NCBI GenBank assembly: GCA_034226945.1
Contig: CP120463.1
Span: 806,001-870,000, forward strand
Origin: Picochlorum sp. SENEW3
Lineage: Eukaryota
Reading direction: 5' to 3'
DNA: 64,000 bases
Positions 60,804 through 64,000 of the stretch are shown here, piece after piece (positions within the stretch are counted from its first letter, which is position 1; each line of letters opens with the position of its first letter). Made by a program: the position numbers and the translations under genes. A model generated the notes under the pieces. It ran no database searches, was not told where the DNA came from, and was given only the letters and a program-made list of their open reading frames with translations.

Positions 60804-61235
60804 TTACATATCACCGTGTTTGGTAGCAATGTTAGCATTCATTTGGTCTCTAATTGATTGCATCTCCTCTGACAATCTTTGCATTTTAGCAGCAAGATGT
60901 TCAAGACCCCTCATGAAATACTTTGGATGCTTCTTGGCAACCTTCACAGCCTCGGCAGCTGGAGCCTCAGATGCCACTGCAGAGACCCCAGAGACGGCGG
61001 CAGAGACTGCAGAGACCCCAGAGACGGCAGACACGCCAGAAACATCTGCTCCAGAGACTGCGCCAGACACAGCACCAGACACATCAGCACAATACGCTAC
61101 AGTAGCAGTTCAATTTGTTCAATTTGTTATGTAAGATGTACAGAACGCAACATTCCCAATCAATCACCTACCAGGGTTGAACGCTACGGCCAAAAGCATG
61201 GCAAGGACAGCCAAAGATTTCACAAACACCTGCAT
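60804..61235 (-). CDS. Small secreted VSG/VSA-repeat protein, diverged paralog 3, 2 exons
   Basis: Exon 61235-61172 (MQVFVKSLAVLAMLLAVAFNP), intron 61171-61097 (GTAGGT...CTGTAG), then AYCADVSGAVSG...KKHPKYFMRGLEHLAAKMQRLSEEMQSIRDQMNAN. TATAAA at ~61335-61340 on the minus strand. Confidence 0.75.
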
Positions 61236-61787
61236 GATTCAAAAGGCGAATCTCTCGACTTGAGGGAAGCGAAACGAGTCACTCGAACAAAGAATGTATG
61301 TTTTCTAAGTGAGCACGTCTTTGCGAATGCTTCGAGTTTATAGATATGATGTTGGTGATTCTAGAAGATGTTTCCACCATCCAAGAACACAGTATTCATG
61401 CAACCTTCTTGGATGGTAAAGAAGCTTGAGAAGATGTTCTTCGACCGTGCATAGAATCCCTTGAGAAGCGATAAGCGATCATACTTTATCCACCTGGCAG
61501 CGGACCGTCCAAGAAAATGTCCGATACGATGTCGTCCCACCAGACACTTGGAATGTGAATTTGCTGAAACCAAATACGAAGGCATATGCTATTGTACAAA
61601 ACCTAGACCTCTTCCATGTATCATTATCGAGGTTTTATGATACTAAAATTATAGAATTATCGTAAAAAGTGGGAATCTTTGTTGGATGAGTGGCGTAATA
61701 GAAGAACCTGGCAGAGGTGACCGCAACTACTGATTCAGTCCCACAGGGAAATATTGGTTCGCGAACCCTTCATCTTCAAATGTGAGC

Positions 61788-63464
61788 ATGGTTGAAACAC
61801 ATATTTCTAATATAATGTTTGTTTGTGCACCCACGTCTCTGAAACGGTGTTTCATGGGTGCCATTTTGGTGCTGCTGACGGTTCAGACTGTTCTAGGAAA
61901 CAACGCTTTAACGGACCTCCGGCGAAGCTTGCAAGAGGAGGCTACAACAATCAATGTTTGTGTACCATTTGAAGTAGACAATGCGTTCGACAAGTGTGAC
62001 AAGGCACTCGATGCTCTGGATAGCCCGGCTGGGAACCTAACGTTTCGATGTGTGGCAGGGGGCACGCCCAGAGGGTGCCTGAAGATGCTGGAGGATGGGA
62101 GTGCGGCGTTAGCCAAGGTACCTGCTAGTGCAGCAGTGTTGGGACAGAGCTATGGGGTTGAGCCCGTGGTGGCAGAATATTTTGATGATGGATTGGGTGA
62201 CAATACAGAGGGGTACTCTGTAGCTCTTGTGAATTCAGATTGGTGCTACAATCAGCATGATGGCAACCCTGGTGCAGAGGACCTCAAGGATTTGAAAGCC
62301 TGTTTCTCAGGATATTCCTCCGACGGAGGTTGGTTTGCTCCCGTGGGATATCTGATGAACAAGGGAAATATGACCATTTCAAATGAGAGGGATACAATTG
62401 GTGATGATGCCGAATCTGTCTTGGCGTACTTTGATAAGATTTGCGCCCCAGGGAATTATCAGATGGCTCCAAAGATCAATGGAAAAACTCTGAAAGATAT
62501 GTGCAAATTGTGTGAAGATCAGGAGAATTGCAGAGTGTCGAATGAGTGGCATGGCCTGCAGGGCTCATTGATGTGTGGAACGGTTGCTGGCGATGTTGTC
62601 TTCACTCGATACCCTGCTTTGGATGAAGCTAATGGTGCGGGAACCTTGCAAGCTACAAATGAAACTCCAGAAGAACCATCACCACCGGCTGATGAATACG
62701 CTGTCGACTATAATCCCACTGAATACGCTAATGAAGAAGAGATCTATGAAGTGCCGCCAGGCCCTGATGATGCATATAATGCTGAGGAGGCGTATGAAGC
62801 ACCACCTATAATCACCGATGAAGATGAGGATGGTGGAAAGAAGAATGATGATGAAAAGAGAGATGACGACAAGAAGGAAGAAAATGATAATAACAAGGAC
62901 AGGAGACTCCTTCAAACTCCAATTTCCACTGATGCTCTGTTTGCAAGCAAGTTGCTCTTTTGTCCTCAGAAGTCTCCTTCCTGTCAGCCACTGAGCAACT
63001 ATAAAGAGTGCAATTTTGGGAGGATTCCAAGTCAGTCCTTTTTGGCAAAGAAGGGGTTTATCGACAGTGAGGAGGGCTCCCAAGTCATTGATAGACTGAT
63101 AGCGGGAGGGTCGAATCCAGAATTTATGAATAAGGCCTCAGAGTCTGGAGAATCCCCGTATTGGTTAATCAGCCCGGGCACTACTCAGTTGAAAAGGGTG
63201 GAATCATATGACTCGTACATGGACAGTGATTTCTCTGATTCCACCAGGAAATCAATCATGTATGCAAACAACATGGGGGCTGGAAGCACAGCAGAAGGGA
63301 GTTCCGGTGGCCTCAGTACTGGAGCAATTATCGGCATCGTTGTTGCATCAGTTGTTGTGGCAGCACTACTAGTAGGGTTGATCGTTTACTGGGCAAAGAA
63401 AGACAGGTCAAATCAAGGATGGAAACAGTATCAAGATGCTGTTAGAAATTTAGAAAGGCGTTAA
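61788..63464 (+). CDS. Single-lobe transferrin-like type I membrane protein with acidic insertion
   Basis: Signal peptide; transferrin-fold Cys/motif pattern (FRCV...GCLKMLEDGSA, GYSVALV, DLKDLKACFSG...GGWFAPVG, CAPG, CKLC, GDVVF, YKECNFGRIPS); C-terminal TM AIIGIVVASVVVAALLVGLIVYW. Start codon uncertain. Confidence 0.78.
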   Translation: MVETHISNIMFVCAPTSLKRCFMGAILVLLTVQTVLGNNALTDLRRSLQEEATTINVCVPFEVDNAFDKCDKALDALDSPAGNLTFRCVAGGTPRGCLKMLEDGSAALAKVPASAAVLGQSYGVEPVVAEYFDDGLGDNTEGYSVALVNSDWCYNQHDGNPGAEDLKDLKACFSGYSSDGGWFAPVGYLMNKGNMTISNERDTIGDDAESVLAYFDKICAPGNYQMAPKINGKTLKDMCKLCEDQENCRVSNEWHGLQGSLMCGTVAGDVVFTRYPALDEANGAGTLQATNETPEEPSPPADEYAVDYNPTEYANEEEIYEVPPGPDDAYNAEEAYEAPPIITDEDEDGGKKNDDEKRDDDKKEENDNNKDRRLLQTPISTDALFASKLLFCPQKSPSCQPLSNYKECNFGRIPSQSFLAKKGFIDSEEGSQVIDRLIAGGSNPEFMNKASESGESPYWLISPGTTQLKRVESYDSYMDSDFSDSTRKSIMYANNMGAGSTAEGSSGGLSTGAIIGIVVASVVVAALLVGLIVYWAKKDRSNQGWKQYQDAVRNLERR

Positions 63465-63494
63465 AGACATGTAATTCTATTTAATGTAAGTTCA

Positions 63495-64000
63495 TCAAAA
63501 GAAAACAAGTACAATCAAAATCGAGGCGAAAACAGAATATGCCGAGAGGGAGAACATTGGAGTTCCCAGGCTTGAGGCCTGCAGAGGAGCCGAGGGAGAG
63601 AGCGATACGCTTTCCTCAGATGGCTGTGAACCTGCTGAAGTTGCTGCATCTAAAATCTCTTGGCTCTCAGGAACAACAGCTGTGGTCAAAGTAGATGCAG
63701 TAGGAACAACTGCGGTAGTTTCTGCCACCGGAACGACAGCAGGAACAACTGGCTCTGGAACAACGGCAGGAACAACTGGCTCTGGAACTGCTGCTTGGAC
63801 GACTGGCTCTGGAATGGCTGCTGCCAGAGCGACAGCCGGATCCTCGACAGACATAGGGGCCTGAGCTATTTGAGATGCGTCAGACTTACGATTGATAGCT
63901 CCTGCAGCATTACCACCGGTCATGCACCCAAGCCATTCATTCATCTTGCTGATAGGGACTGGGTTTTGCATCCACTGAACCAACTGATGCATTGTCACGA
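63495..64000 (-). CDS. 3' end of a GPI/TM-anchored protein, possibly polysaccharide (chitin) deacetylase-like CE4 (partial)
   Basis: VTMHQLVQWMQNPVP resembles the C-terminal motif of CE4 deacetylase-like proteins. It is followed by a PEPVV/Ser-Thr-rich stalk and a terminal hydrophobic segment. The catalytic part lies outside the window. Confidence 0.5.
   Translation of the reverse strand, partial: VTMHQLVQWMQNPVPISKMNEWLGCMTGGNAAGAINRKSDASQIAQAPMSVEDPAVALAAAIPEPVVQAAVPEPVVPAVVPEPVVPAVVPVAETTAVVPTASTLTTAVVPESQEILDAATSAGSQPSEESVSLSPSAPLQASSLGTPMFSLSAYSVFASILIVLVFF
63735..63815. repeat. ~27-bp coding repeat encoding VPEPVV(P/Q)A units
   Basis: Repeated ggaacaactggctctggaac on the + strand. Confidence 0.75.

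Overview
Gene-dense nuclear DNA from a compact-genome green alga. The evidence is short GT-AG introns of mostly 65-90 nt, intergenic spacers of a few hundred bp, and LHCII plus plastid-targeted enzymes. A Picochlorum/Chlorella-like trebouxiophyte is my inference, not proven. About 27 protein-coding genes are supported, in order: rhodanese-like (partial), N-acetylglutamate synthase, a mosaic secreted DUF285/BspA-repeat protein, RlmN-like radical SAM methyltransferase, MCM9, LHCII, ATG8, an axonemal outer-arm gamma-type dynein heavy chain (~14.6 kb), makorin, dephospho-CoA kinase, MSH3, H2A.Z, GatC, RecQ, a Nup153/Nup1-like FG nucleoporin with 201-bp tandem repeats, ClpC, a DnaJ-like Zn-finger protein, oligopeptidase A, SF3B5, YAF9, a HAD-IIA hydrolase, an ACT-fused starch phosphorylase head-to-head with PFK, and a terminal cell-surface cluster. 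That cluster holds three paralogous small secreted (Val-Ser-Gly)n/coiled-coil proteins I do not recognise, a membrane-anchored transferrin-like protein that has lost most iron ligands, and a partial CE4-like GPI/TM-anchored protein. The strongest candidate for an undescribed system is this cluster (59188-64000). Other leads are the retained outer-arm dynein, the mosaic DUF285 protein, two strongly self-complementary intergenic segments and a recurring TGGGAC/TGGGAATG motif in non-coding DNA. No tRNA, rRNA, CRISPR array or transposase was recognised. All family calls come from motif recognition by eye, not from database searches.
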